Notes: generated from the sequence alone by a model not told the origin. Shown: positions 20,015 through 30,321, counted from the first letter of the stretch. The stretch is DNA of 64,000 nucleotides from Gammaproteobacteria bacterium (GCA_965277715.1 OZ255836.1:3072001-3136000); one strand, 5' to 3'. Program-made: numbers and translations.

Positions 20015-21337
20015 ATGTCTTTATTACAAAAAACGTTTTCCTTAAAAAACCCCTCTGAAACCCGTGAGCACACAACATCATACTATGCCGCCAGCACCAA
20101 TTATCGTAGTGACTATCCTGTGTTAACGGGCGAACAACACGCCGATGTGGCTATCGTTGGCGGCGGTTTTAGCGGTATCAATACAGCGCTGGAATTGGCT
20201 GAGCGCGGCTACAAAGTCGCGGTTATTGAAGCCAGCCGCGTTGCCTGGGGTGCCTCGGGGCGTAATGGTGGGCAGGTGGTCGGGGGCATCGGCCACGCAT
20301 TGGAACGCTTCCAACAGGCAATTGGCACAACGGGCATTCAGGCGATTCAAGCGATGGGAGTCGAATGCTGCGAAATCATTCGGGAACGAGTGAAAAAATA
20401 CCAGATCGACTGCGATCTCACCTGGGGTTACTGCGATGTAGCCATCAAACCCCGCCACATGCGCGAACTGGAAGCGGAAAAAACCCATCAGGAAAAATGG
20501 GGGTATCCGCATGCGCTGGAGTTGCTCGATGCAGAGCAGCTTGGCGAACAGCTTGTATCACACAAATATATCGGTGGTTTGTTAAACCGACTTGGATTTG
20601 GCCATTGCCATCCACTGAACCTATGCCTGGGTGAGGCACAGGTGGCGCAGCAGATGGGGGTGTCAATTTACGAACAATCCCGTGTGAGCAGGCTGGTTCA
20701 GGGGGTAAACCCAGAAGTGCATACTGAACAGGGCCTGGTTAAAGCAAAACATGTTGTACTGTGTGGCAATGCCTACCTCGGCAACCTGGTGCCCGCACTG
20801 GCAGCGCGGGTACTGCCCGCCAACAGCTCGATTATTGCCACCGCACCGCTGAGCGATGAGCAGGTGCGCAACACCCTGCCCGGTAACCCCGCCGTCTGTG
20901 ATTTAAATACCGCCTTGGATTACTTTCGACTGTCTGCAGATAAACGCCTGTTATTTGGTGGGCTATCCAACTACACCGGTATGGAACCGCAGGACAGAAT
21001 GGGGGTTATGCGCAAAAAAATGCAGCGGGTATTTCCTTCACTGGGTAATGTGCCAATCGACTTTAACTGGAGCGGTCAAATCGGCGTTGGCTTAAACCGT
21101 ATGCCACAACTTGGCCGTTTGCACGGTAATGTTTATTATATTCAGGCGTTTGCAGGCCACGGTGTGGCACCCACCCATATTATGGGGCGTATTACAGCGC
21201 AAATGATCGCAGGCCAGGCTGAACGCTTTGATGTGTTTGCAAAGATAAAGCACCCCGCGTTTCCAGGGGGGCGATTACTGCGTCGCCCAGTGCTGGCACT
21301 GGGTATGTTGTATTACCGCCTAAAAGATTTATTGTGA
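20015..21337 (+). CDS. FAD-dependent oxidoreductase, gamma-glutamylputrescine oxidase (PuuB)-like
   Basis: GGGFSG, GASGRNGG, HPLNL, DYFRLS.DKRLLFGG. Confidence 0.85.
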   Translation: MSLLQKTFSLKNPSETREHTTSYYAASTNYRSDYPVLTGEQHADVAIVGGGFSGINTALELAERGYKVAVIEASRVAWGASGRNGGQVVGGIGHALERFQQAIGTTGIQAIQAMGVECCEIIRERVKKYQIDCDLTWGYCDVAIKPRHMRELEAEKTHQEKWGYPHALELLDAEQLGEQLVSHKYIGGLLNRLGFGHCHPLNLCLGEAQVAQQMGVSIYEQSRVSRLVQGVNPEVHTEQGLVKAKHVVLCGNAYLGNLVPALAARVLPANSSIIATAPLSDEQVRNTLPGNPAVCDLNTALDYFRLSADKRLLFGGLSNYTGMEPQDRMGVMRKKMQRVFPSLGNVPIDFNWSGQIGVGLNRMPQLGRLHGNVYYIQAFAGHGVAPTHIMGRITAQMIAGQAERFDVFAKIKHPAFPGGRLLRRPVLALGMLYYRLKDLL

Positions 21338-21350
21338 GGTGTGCTAAATA

Positions 21351-21719
21351 ATGTCCGAGCTATTTGAAAACTGCAGTGGGCAAAAAGCCCTCAACCTACC
21401 GCAGACAGGCAGTGTCGATATTTCGGCAAACGCATTGGCGTGGCAACCTTGCGGTGCGGATGGATTTTGGATTAAAGCCCTGTATGAAAACCCACAGTCA
21501 TCCCAGCGCACCTGGCTAATGAAAGTGGATGCCGGTGCCTGGTCACCGCTGCACGCCCATACCGAACTTGAGCAAATCTACGTGGTGGAAGGGGCGTTTT
21601 ACGATCAGGAAAAAGAATACCTTGCGGGTGATTATATTATTCGTGCACCGGGTGCAGCGCATACAGCAGGAAGCCATGATGGCGCTTTGGTTATATTATT
21701 TTATACAGCGGCGGCGTGA
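21351..21719 (+). CDS. ChrR-like cupin protein
   Basis: H.H..EQIYV.EG, G.YI....G..H. Confidence 0.8.
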   Translation: MSELFENCSGQKALNLPQTGSVDISANALAWQPCGADGFWIKALYENPQSSQRTWLMKVDAGAWSPLHAHTELEQIYVVEGAFYDQEKEYLAGDYIIRAPGAAHTAGSHDGALVILFYTAAA

Positions 21720-21749
21720 TAATGCTGGGCTGATGGCCCTGAAAAGCAC

Positions 21750-21772
21750 CCGGTACGTCAGCCGTACCGGGA
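21750..21772. terminator. Hairpin between convergent genes
   Basis: CCCGGTACG-N5-CGTACCGGG. Confidence 0.55.
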
Positions 21773-21794
21773 ATTGGCTATTCACTTCAAAAAA

Positions 21795-22013
21795 TTAAAC
21801 GCGTACGGTGTGGCGCTCAACACCAATATCCTGCAGCAAGTGGCTGGATAACCCGCGCAGTTCATGTTCTGCCTGGGCATCAGCCATTGCCTTGTTCATC
21901 ACATTTGAGAGTTGGGTGTACCAATCGCTGATGTGCGCAAACAATGATTTCTCGCTCGGCGTAAAGGGAAACAGGTGTGAGCCGGCGGTCTGCAAATCGA
22001 GATACGTTGTCAT
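21795..22013 (-). CDS. DUF1127 family small protein
   Basis: ELRGLSSHLLQDIGVER; GAGGA RBS before ATG at 22013. Confidence 0.8.
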   Translation of the reverse strand: MTTYLDLQTAGSHLFPFTPSEKSLFAHISDWYTQLSNVMNKAMADAQAEHELRGLSSHLLQDIGVERHTVRV

Positions 22014-22024
22014 GTCGTCAGTCC

Positions 22025-22111
22025 TCAATTAATGATTGTCAAAAAGCCAGTAAAAAGAATAATGCCGCCAATATAAGCAGCGCCCATTTTGATAATAACG
22101 TCAATCACCAT
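22025..22111 (-). CDS. Unannotated 28-aa hydrophobic small protein
   Basis: MVIDVIIKMGAAYIGGIILFTGFLTIIN; RBS GAGGACGAGG; its stop overlaps the DUF1127 RBS. Confidence 0.55.
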   Translation of the reverse strand: MVIDVIIKMGAAYIGGIILFTGFLTIIN

Positions 22112-22243
22112 TGCCTCGTCCTCTGTTAACACCGCCGACCCATTCGGTGGTGTTTGTCGATGGGTGTAATATAGGTGTGAATCTGACTGGCATCAAAGGA
22201 AGGTTTTTCATACAATGTATGAATATTTACTCATGTACTAATT

Positions 22244-23203
22244 ATGCCTGTCCGCATCCCCCCTGTCGCTGCATTGCGCGCTATCGAATCCGCCAGTAGG
22301 CACCTCAGTTATACGCGTGCTGCCGAAGAGCTATTTGTTACACAAAGCGCTATCAGCCACCAGATTCGCCACGTCGAGGAATTGTGGAACCTGAAGCTGT
22401 TTGAGCGCCGGGGCAGGCAGTTGGTGCTCACCGAAGCGGGGCAGGCGGTGAGCCCGGTGATTCGCAATTTTATCGTGAAGATATCCTCAACTGTTGAAAC
22501 ATTGCAAAAAACCGATGTTGGTAAGGCACTGCGGGTCACGCTGTTGCAGTCGTTTGCCTTTAAGTGGCTGGTGCCGAGGCTCGGCCACTTCAACAAGCGC
22601 TGCCCAGGCATCGACATTTGGCTATCGACAACGGAGGAACTGATTGATTTTTCACTGGCCAATGCCGATGCCGGGATTCGACTCGGGCCGGGCGATTGGC
22701 ATAATGTATTTAACGAGCGCTTGTTAAGCGAGCACGTGTTTCCGGTGTGCAGCCCCACTTTTCTCGAAGAACACGGCAAACCGGAAAACCCCGAAGCACT
22801 GCTCAGTTATCCATTGTTGAGGCGCAGTGTGGCCGATATTTGCCCACGCTGGAAAGACTGGTTTAAAGACGCCGGCATCGAGCTCACTCTGATGGCGCAC
22901 GGGGCCAAATTCCCAGGCACCAGCCTCGCCATCCAGGCGGCTATCGACCACCAGGGCGTCGCGCTGGCCCGCAGTGCGCACGTTGTCGAAGACCTCAAGG
23001 CGGGGCGGCTGGTCAATATGTTTCCCGATGTGCTCAGCCCCTCGCCTATCTCATACTACTTTGTTTGTGCGTTAGGGCGCGAAAACGAACCGGAGATCCA
23101 GGCATTTCGCGATTGGCTAAAAGAGGAAGCGGCAATATCCCAACGGGAGTTTGATGAAATCACAACGGGTATACAAAGCGCACAGGCACAGATAGAGTTT
23201 TGA
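22244..23203 (+). CDS. LysR family regulator (GcvA-like)
   Basis: RHLSYTRAAEELFVTQSAISHQIR, WLVPRL. Confidence 0.93.
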   Translation: MPVRIPPVAALRAIESASRHLSYTRAAEELFVTQSAISHQIRHVEELWNLKLFERRGRQLVLTEAGQAVSPVIRNFIVKISSTVETLQKTDVGKALRVTLLQSFAFKWLVPRLGHFNKRCPGIDIWLSTTEELIDFSLANADAGIRLGPGDWHNVFNERLLSEHVFPVCSPTFLEEHGKPENPEALLSYPLLRRSVADICPRWKDWFKDAGIELTLMAHGAKFPGTSLAIQAAIDHQGVALARSAHVVEDLKAGRLVNMFPDVLSPSPISYYFVCALGRENEPEIQAFRDWLKEEAAISQREFDEITTGIQSAQAQIEF

Positions 23204-23313
23204 CTTGAAAGGCATTAACCTAAACAGGCAAGATTAATAAATGGAATGGCAAACACACGGTAGGTTTTTCTATAATCACCCTCAGGCAGTATGACGAAAA
23301 CACACTGGATTCC

Positions 23314-24219
23314 ATGACTATAATATTCACAGCGGTTGCCCTGTATATCCTATCGATCATTTTCGTGCGCGTGCGCAATAAAGATAAATTCAGCCTGGCA
23401 CGCCAACTCAGTGATTTTTCCACCTTTATGGTGATCTTCAACATTCCCGCCTACCTGTTGTCACGCATTCCTATTCGACCGATTATCGATAAAAAATGTT
23501 ACCCGGAGTTACACGCCCTGGAAGAAAACTGGGAGGTGATCCGCGACGAAGCGCTGGCGCTGTACACAAGCGGCCACATCGATGTGGGTGACGATATGCC
23601 CGCCAGTAGCTTCTACAAAAATGGGCGCTGGAAAAGTTTCTATCTAAAATCGTATGAAAATGACATCCCCTCTGCCTACCAATTAGCCCCAAAAACCATG
23701 GCGTTGATAGACCAGGTGCCGTCGATGAACATGGCCTTGTTTGCCGCCCTCATGCCAGGCAAGCACTTAAAAAAACACCACGATCCATTTGCCTTTACCT
23801 TGCGTTACTCGCTTGGTCTGAGCACACCCAACTCTGAGCAATGTGGCCTGCTTGTCGACGGTAACAACTATACCTGGCAGGACGGCGACGGCGTAATCTT
23901 CGATGAAACCTACATGCACTCGGCGTACAACGACACCGATAAAGTGCGCTTGATCCTGATGACCGATGTCGACCGGCCACTGCATTCAAAAATTGTGCAA
24001 AAAATTTATTACTGCTTTGGCCGGTTTTTTAACCGCTTATTTGCCATCGATAATATCGACAGCAACTACTCTGGGATAGGCAATAAAATAGGCAGAGGCA
24101 TACTCGCCTACAGCGCAATGTTGAAGAAATTTAAACGTAAAAATAAAGCCCTGTATGTCCTGTTTAAAATCGTTGTGACATTTTCTATTTTGGGTGGCAT
24201 TGCCTGGTTGTTAATTTAG
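23314..24219 (+). CDS. Aspartyl/asparaginyl beta-hydroxylase family (LpxO-like)
   Basis: WKSFYLK, HHDPF, FDETYMH.A.N, R.IL..DVDRP. Confidence 0.85.
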   Translation: MTIIFTAVALYILSIIFVRVRNKDKFSLARQLSDFSTFMVIFNIPAYLLSRIPIRPIIDKKCYPELHALEENWEVIRDEALALYTSGHIDVGDDMPASSFYKNGRWKSFYLKSYENDIPSAYQLAPKTMALIDQVPSMNMALFAALMPGKHLKKHHDPFAFTLRYSLGLSTPNSEQCGLLVDGNNYTWQDGDGVIFDETYMHSAYNDTDKVRLILMTDVDRPLHSKIVQKIYYCFGRFFNRLFAIDNIDSNYSGIGNKIGRGILAYSAMLKKFKRKNKALYVLFKIVVTFSILGGIAWLLI

Positions 24220-24833
24220 CCATTGCCCACTCTCAGGAGCCTGTCGAATTCAGGACTGCCTGCCCTACTGCGGAAAAACCGATCTGGCACTTTGTGCTTA
24301 ATGAATAATGAGTTAGTTTTACAGCACCGAATCATTACATAACCTGGAAGGTGTCAACGAGGTGCTCTCCAGACAGCAAAAACCCTTTGCATTGCGTTAC
24401 GCTGTAGCAGCGCACCCAACAATGGATCAGTTTTCTCACTGTGAATCAGTTGCAATATAAACAATGGGTAAAAGGGCAATATTGGAGGGCCGCTTGTTTT
24501 AAGCAAATTCTATTCTACACTTAAGGAAAGCGCATAAAACTGGTGCGATTAACTATTTTTATAAACGTGCCCAGGAGCTCAGTGAGGCTATTTCAGAAAA
24601 TTTCATGGATTCGGGAGAGCGACCGGCTTATGTCCTCGATCAGAAGAGACAGGGGGACTGTTGCCCCCTATTGATCAATAGCAGCCGACCCCCACCCGAT
24701 AAAGGGTTGAAGAGGCGCAGCCATAGATTTCCCCGTTACAACTGACAACGCCATCATATGCTCATTTTTCTTCTATAGTAATACTGTAATAAATATTTTT
24801 ATAAATAAAAAACCCTAACCCAGAGTAACCACC

Positions 24834-27035
24834 ATGATAAAAAAAGAATGTAAAAACTACCCTGACCCAATAGTGCCAACTGCAAATAATATAGCGTGTT
24901 GGGATAGCGATGGCAGTATCGCCATAGTGACAAAACGCCTCAAGGAAATGTTTGTCGAAATGGGGCAGAAAACAAAAATTGAAAGAGGCCAACAACCTGC
25001 CGAACGTGCTGTTTTCAGAAAACAACATGGCGTCGCCTATGGCAACTTCGTCATCAACAAAGATATTCCGGGAAAATTTAAAGTAGGTATTTTTTCTAAA
25101 GATGAATATGAATGTGCTGTTCGGTTTTCCAGCGACACATCGCCAACATCCCCCGATTTACATACGACTATGGGGGTGGGTTTAAAACTCTTCGGCGTTG
25201 AAGGCCCCAAATTACTTGGGAAAGGAACCAACGCTGATTTTATTTTCCAGAATATTGACCGTTTTTTTGCACGCGATGCACAGCAAATGTGCAGTTTTAC
25301 TACCGCCGGTGCCGTAGACCATGATTATGACGCCTATATTGAAAAACACCCGAAATTAGCGCATGTTTTACACGCTATGGCCAAGGAAGAAGCGAGCTGT
25401 TTAAGCGCCAGCTATTGGGCCATTTTACCTTTTAAATTGGGTGATAATAATATTGTCAAATATCGCCTGATCCCTACAAAAGATACCGAGAGGGGCGCGC
25501 CTTTTGACAATAATAATTACCTCGCGCTTGACCTGGAACAACGTCTTCGCACCAAAGAGGCAAGGTTTCGTTTCGAGATCCAATTGAGAACGAACGACAA
25601 CACCATGCCATTAGATGATGCTCAAGTGGTTTGGAGTACTGAAGAAAGCCCTTACATCTGCATTGCTGAATTTACATTTACCACAACAGGATATCTGCAC
25701 CATAGGGCAGGCAGAGTTCGGCACTAATTTGTCTTTCAACATTTGGAGAACACTGGAAGCGCATCAGCCGTTGGGCTCTATTGCTGAAGTAAGAAAGCAG
25801 GTATACGCAGCAAGTGCAGAAGCCCGGCATCAGGCCAATGGTCAACAATTGCAGGAACCCAAAGAGATAAACCCGGCGTTCCAGGGAAATACAGATGAAG
25901 ACAGCCATTGTATTGTGAGAGCGGCTATCTATCCCCCTATAGGTGTAATGCGTGTTGGTAACAGTGAGAGCGAATACTTTATTGGGCCGCAAGTAGATAA
26001 CCCTGCACCAGAAACCGATGAATACGCTTACAGAGACAAAACCGGTGCGTTAAAACGCCAGGCGGCTGAATTTAGAATATATGGATTTAATGCAGCGGGA
26101 AAGGCGATTAAAGAATTAACCGCAAAAAATGCTGAGATCAAATGGCATTCGCATTTGGCCAACCAAAAATCCTCATGGTATGAATTTCAAATAGCATTGG
26201 ATATTCCCGAAGCGGCTGATGCACCCGCTTCCATGCTGCGTAATATCGATATAAAAGACAGAAGCTCACTGCTGATCGATGGGGGGCCACAAAGTATTTC
26301 CGGGTTGAACGTCAAAAATGGGCATCGTTTTGAAGGCAGGTTCCAATCCAAGCCCGTGTACTTAGGCGAAATGCGCACCGACAAAAAAGGGCGTTTAATT
26401 ATGCTGGGGGGGCATGGTAAGTCAGAGAATATTAATGGTGATATCGCCATTACTTTTGCCAACAATGAAGGTTGGTATGACGATATTTCAGACGGGCCAG
26501 TAACGGCTGATGTAGAGTACAAAGGAGTCAGGTTGAAGGTTGACCCTGCCTGGGTAATTTGTGCGCCGCCAGATTATGCACCCATGCAAAAATCGGTACG
26601 TACCATGTGGGATTTAATGCGTGATGTGTCTGTTCAGGCTGAGCTATTAGAACGACCGGCACGCCCTTCCTTCAGCAAAGACATTTTGCCCATCTTCGAA
26701 CGCATGACTAATCTGCAGTGGGTAAATGCGGGTTTTGCTGCGGCCTTTGGTTTCGGTGGCCAATTCAATTACACCACCCTGCAATGGGTGAAACGATTAA
26801 ATGACCCTTCTTCCGCCAATTATGAAATGCGCCGCACTATTTCCAATAATTTCCGACGCTTTAATGTTACAGGAGCTGAAGCGCCTCAATTATGGCCATG
26901 GTTATATGGCGATGCGATTAGCATTCCACCCACAGGTTCTGTTCGTCAGCACGCTACTTTATCCAATCTGCAGTTGGCGTTTCTCGATCAGTGGGTGGAG
27001 GGTGATTTTGGCGCTGATTTTATCGATATGAGCGG
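24834..27035 (+). pseudogene. Catalase-like domain fused to LodA/GoxA-type quinoprotein oxidase; frameshifted and 3'-truncated
   Basis: RAVFRKQHG and VRFSS catalase-like motifs; one extra T near 25672 splits ORFs 24834-25727 and 25615-27081; AAIYPPIGVMRVGNS, LKRQAAEFR, NNEGWYDD.SDGPV, AWVICAPP LodA motifs; cut by IS91-like DNA. Confidence 0.85.
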
Positions 27036-28166
27036 CTGCGCTGTGCGACAACCGAGGATGGCATTCAATGCTGACCATTGATCCTGTGTTGTTGATGCCC
27101 CGTAACGCGCTTTAAACCGATCTTGATAGGCATGAACAACCTGTACAACGTCCACGCTACACCTCACCATCGAATTGAAGACGCAAACGTTGCACCAGAC
27201 GACTAATGACGTCATGGGTATTGTTTTGAGTGACATCGGTTAGCTGGGTATACAGCGCAGTGGTTTTGGGGCATTCATGGCCCATTTGCTGTTGAATGGC
27301 ACGCAGATGCAGACCTTCTTCGACCCGGTGTGCGCCATAGCAATGGCGTAGGCTGTGTGGGGTGATGGCCTTGTGAATACCATCGCTTTTGACAATCGCT
27401 TTGAACGACTTTTGCAGACTGCCGCGATCCATCACGTCCACCGCACAGCGTCTCGCCTCGGGTGTTTTACCTCCAGGAAAAATGAACCGGGGATGCCGGT
27501 GCGTTTTCCAATACTGGCGTAAGGCACTCAGTGTTACCGCCAGTAACACGACAAAACGATTCTTTTTGCCCTTGCCCAGGCGTACATGCACCTTCATACG
27601 CTCCCTGTCAATATCGCCAACTTGTAGATGCAACGTCTCGCCCAAGCGTAACCCCATGCTGTAGGCGGTTAAAATAAACATTTGGTAACACAACTCACGC
27701 GTGTTGTTGATCACCTGTTCAATCTCGCCTACCGACAGAATATCGGGCAGTACTTTCTCAATGGGCGGCTTGATGATATCGACCCACACCCATTTTTTGT
27801 TCAACACATGCCGGTAGAAGAATTGGAGGCCATTGCGGTCACACTTGATGGTGCTCCAGGAGTGACTTTTGATTAAAGCATCGAAATAGATTTTGATACC
27901 CTCGACACTGAGTCGATCCAAAGGGCGGTCATAAAAATCGACAATACGGCGCACGGCTCGCGCATAGGCATCAATCGTATTGGGCGCCTTGCCTTGGCGC
28001 TGTAATGCGTTAAGATGTTGTTGATACTGTGAATCGAGTTTTTTCTGTTGAATCTTGTTCATGTGAATCTTCCTCTTGTTGTCGGATTCCGGGTAGAGTC
28101 CGTAGAGGAAGTATTCACCTTATTTCATCGAAGGGCTTTTTCTGCCGCATAGCGGCTTCGTTCAAC
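27036..28166 (-). mobile_element. IS91-family element remnant carrying a tyrosine integrase and a truncated transposase
   Basis: Transposase N-terminus 27155-27036 (..QWSALNAILGCRT); end hairpin GCCGC-ATA-GCGGC followed by TTCGTTCAAC. Confidence 0.75.
27157..28062 (-). CDS. Tyrosine recombinase of the IS91-associated type
   Basis: GLRLGE, GKGKK.R, HSLRH, MGH, TALYT. Confidence 0.9.
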   Translation of the reverse strand: MNKIQQKKLDSQYQQHLNALQRQGKAPNTIDAYARAVRRIVDFYDRPLDRLSVEGIKIYFDALIKSHSWSTIKCDRNGLQFFYRHVLNKKWVWVDIIKPPIEKVLPDILSVGEIEQVINNTRELCYQMFILTAYSMGLRLGETLHLQVGDIDRERMKVHVRLGKGKKNRFVVLLAVTLSALRQYWKTHRHPRFIFPGGKTPEARRCAVDVMDRGSLQKSFKAIVKSDGIHKAITPHSLRHCYGAHRVEEGLHLRAIQQQMGHECPKTTALYTQLTDVTQNNTHDVISRLVQRLRLQFDGEV

Positions 28167-28239
28167 AAGGCCATTAAAAATCGCGCGTTTCACGCGCTGG
28201 ATTCGCACAAGTTGCTCGCCTTTTATGGCGGCGTTATCA
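28163..28239 (+). other. attC site 1 (inverse core disrupted by the IS91-like element)
   Basis: CAAC..GCCATTAAAA...TTTTATGGC..GTTATCA imperfect palindrome. Confidence 0.75.
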
Positions 28240-28284
28240 GCCGTAAGCTCAACATAAAATCAAGAGTAAAAAACAAATAATCTT

Positions 28285-29166
28285 ATGATCAATTTAGCTA
28301 AAACCTTATCCCATCTATCTGAAGACAGAGTAAGTGAATTAGAAGTCATCACTCAACGAATCGTGGGGACAGGTAAAGCTGAAATTGTGGTTCTTTTTGG
28401 TTCCTATGCCAGAGGAGATTACAAAGAACAGAGAGGGAAAACCAAAGGGAAAAAGAGTGATTATGATATTTTGATAGTCACCTCCGACTATAATAACCAA
28501 AAAGATTTACGTTCAGAGCTCAGGGAGATATTTCAGGATATTGGCATTGCTGTACAATTGATCGTTGAGGAAATTATTTTTGTTAATAACAGTTTAGAAG
28601 AAACTCAATATTTTTTCACTGATATTAAACGAGAAGGAAAAATTCTTTTTGATTCAGGCCAATATGAGCTCGCCGATTCTAAAGAATTGACACCGACTCG
28701 CAGGCGGGAAATTGCGGAAGCTGATTTTAAACAGTGGTTTAAGACAGCAAAAGGGGCGAATACAAATTATCAGAATAGCATTATACACAAAGATTTTGGT
28801 TGGGCTTCCTTTCATCTGCAACAAGTAGTTGAGATGTGTTATACCGCTATTGAAATGGTATTTGCTCATTACAATCCCCATGAGCACAATTTGCAAGTGT
28901 TACGAAGCCGAGTACTCCAGTTCGACAGCCGTGTCAAAACAGTGCTGCCTTACGAAACGGAAGAGCAGCAAGAACTTTTTGATTACCTCAACTTTGCCTA
29001 TATTGGAGGGCGCTATCGGAGTGAAGAAGAATTTCCGATCACCCAGGAAAAGCTGGATTACTGGAGCAATGAATCAAAAAAATTAATAGACCTGACTGAG
29101 GTTATTTGCAATGATCGAATTGAATGCCTCAAGCAGATTGAGCAAGAATTGAATATAAAAAGCTGA
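28285..29166 (+). CDS. Fused nucleotidyltransferase (MNT)-HEPN protein, integron cassette
   Basis: LFGSYARGD, SDYDILIV; HEPN FHLQQ..E, HNL..L, AYIGGRY. Confidence 0.88.
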   Translation: MINLAKTLSHLSEDRVSELEVITQRIVGTGKAEIVVLFGSYARGDYKEQRGKTKGKKSDYDILIVTSDYNNQKDLRSELREIFQDIGIAVQLIVEEIIFVNNSLEETQYFFTDIKREGKILFDSGQYELADSKELTPTRRREIAEADFKQWFKTAKGANTNYQNSIIHKDFGWASFHLQQVVEMCYTAIEMVFAHYNPHEHNLQVLRSRVLQFDSRVKTVLPYETEEQQELFDYLNFAYIGGRYRSEEEFPITQEKLDYWSNESKKLIDLTEVICNDRIECLKQIEQELNIKS

Positions 29167-29232
29167 TAACAAAAGTGTCAATTTGATGTGTTTTCGCCTC
29201 GCTTCAATGCACAAATTACACAGGCGTTATGT
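29164..29232 (+). other. attC site 2
   Basis: TGATAAC...GTTATGT; GCTGATAAC is complementary to GTTATCAGC at the cassette start. Confidence 0.85.
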
Positions 29233-29253
29233 GGCTTAAGGGAATAGCAACTA

Positions 29254-29577
29254 ATGAAATATGAGTTAACGTTTGCCTCTAATGTCGATGAAAATCGTGT
29301 CGGTGCAGAAATCATTTGCAAGCGTTGGTAAAAATCTTTCTGGGAAGATGTTGCAATCATCTACAAAATAAACGGTGAGTTTGTCGTAGAGCAGCGTGAG
29401 TGCTTCAAGCAAACTAAGGAAGTAGCTAAATTAGTTGAAGCTGCGAAATTCGGCCTACAAAACTATATCAACGCTGAAGGTGTTGAGTTTGAAGAAGGCG
29501 CAATCAGAGCAGAGGTGGCTTTAGAATTGCTATTAAAAGAAGACGGTACAAGCATGGGAGTACAGTTTGAAATCTAA
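29254..29577 (+). pseudogene. Unknown 107-codon cassette gene with internal TAA
   Basis: MKYELTFASNVDENRVGAEIICKRW*KSFWEDVAII...GVQFEI*; stop at 29329-29331; fills the cassette. Confidence 0.65.
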
Positions 29578-29585
29578 ACAAGGCC

Positions 29586-29655
29586 ACATAACCAGGCAAA
29601 GCACTGCCACTTCGCTCGGACGCGCCACCGCGCGCCCGTGTTTGCGGCGTTAGCG
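29586..29655 (+). other. attC site 3
   Basis: ACATAAC..GCAAAGCAC...GTGTTTGC..GTTAGCG; GCCACATAAC is complementary to GTTATGTGGC. Confidence 0.85.
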
Positions 29656-29658
29656 GTC

Positions 29659-29931
29659 TTAGTACTGACGGCTTTCTTGTACCTCTTTTGCAAGCCAAGC
29701 TTTTATAAGTGATTGATAAGGCATATCTCGTTTATTGGCTTCTACCTTAATACTGTCTAACAAACCTTGCGGTAGCCTTAGTGAAATAGTTTTAGTTGAA
29801 AGTTTAAGGTTAGGTAAAACTGCACGTTCAGCTCTACTTAAATCTAAATATTCACTCGAATCATTACTTTCCCAAAAGCCACGCTCTTCTTTTTCATTCT
29901 TAAAATTGGGTATTTTTTTAAGTTTCGTCAT
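29659..29931 (-). CDS. BrnA/CopG-like antitoxin
   Basis: EERGFWE, TISLRLP, MPYQSLIK. Confidence 0.85.
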   Translation of the reverse strand: MTKLKKIPNFKNEKEERGFWESNDSSEYLDLSRAERAVLPNLKLSTKTISLRLPQGLLDSIKVEANKRDMPYQSLIKAWLAKEVQESRQY

Positions 29932-30217
29932 AAGCCATCTTCTCTTTTTTGTGCATATCTCGCGCAGAAATCACACGTATTAACGTGTTCCCCTCTCTTA
30001 GAGTAAAAGCAATATGCAATTTTCTCGCATCATTAGTTTTACCGTAAGCATGGTATCGAGCTTCATGCCTACTGTGCTTTTCATCTACCAACAACAGCAA
30101 CGGGTCATTAAAAAATATTTGCTCTGCCTCTGCTTGGGTAACATTATGCTTTTCTTGGCTTTTTCTGGCATTACCATCATCCCAGTTAAAACCAATTATT
30201 TTAGTCAAATCAATCAT
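29918..30217 (-). CDS. BrnT family toxin
   Basis: FNWDDGN..K..EKH, EAEQIF, IRVISAR. Confidence 0.88.
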   Translation of the reverse strand: MIDLTKIIGFNWDDGNARKSQEKHNVTQAEAEQIFFNDPLLLLVDEKHSRHEARYHAYGKTNDARKLHIAFTLREGNTLIRVISARDMHKKEKMAYDET

Positions 30218-30321
30218 ATTATGTATATTATCAAAATATACATTTTTATCAAAGTGCTAACATAAATATAAATGAAGGGACCAGATTAGTGATCTAGTAT
30301 AGGTTATGTCAATACCACCCC

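Noticed and set aside
24560-24760. Riboswitch or ncRNA upstream of the catalase-LodA gene, or an asparagine synthase relic (NGEIY on minus strand)
   Set aside because: Only short hairpins with no recognisable aptamer; the peptide match is too short
27157-28062. Integron integrase IntI for the cassette array
   Set aside because: No evident IntI-specific insertion; it is coupled to an IS91 transposase start
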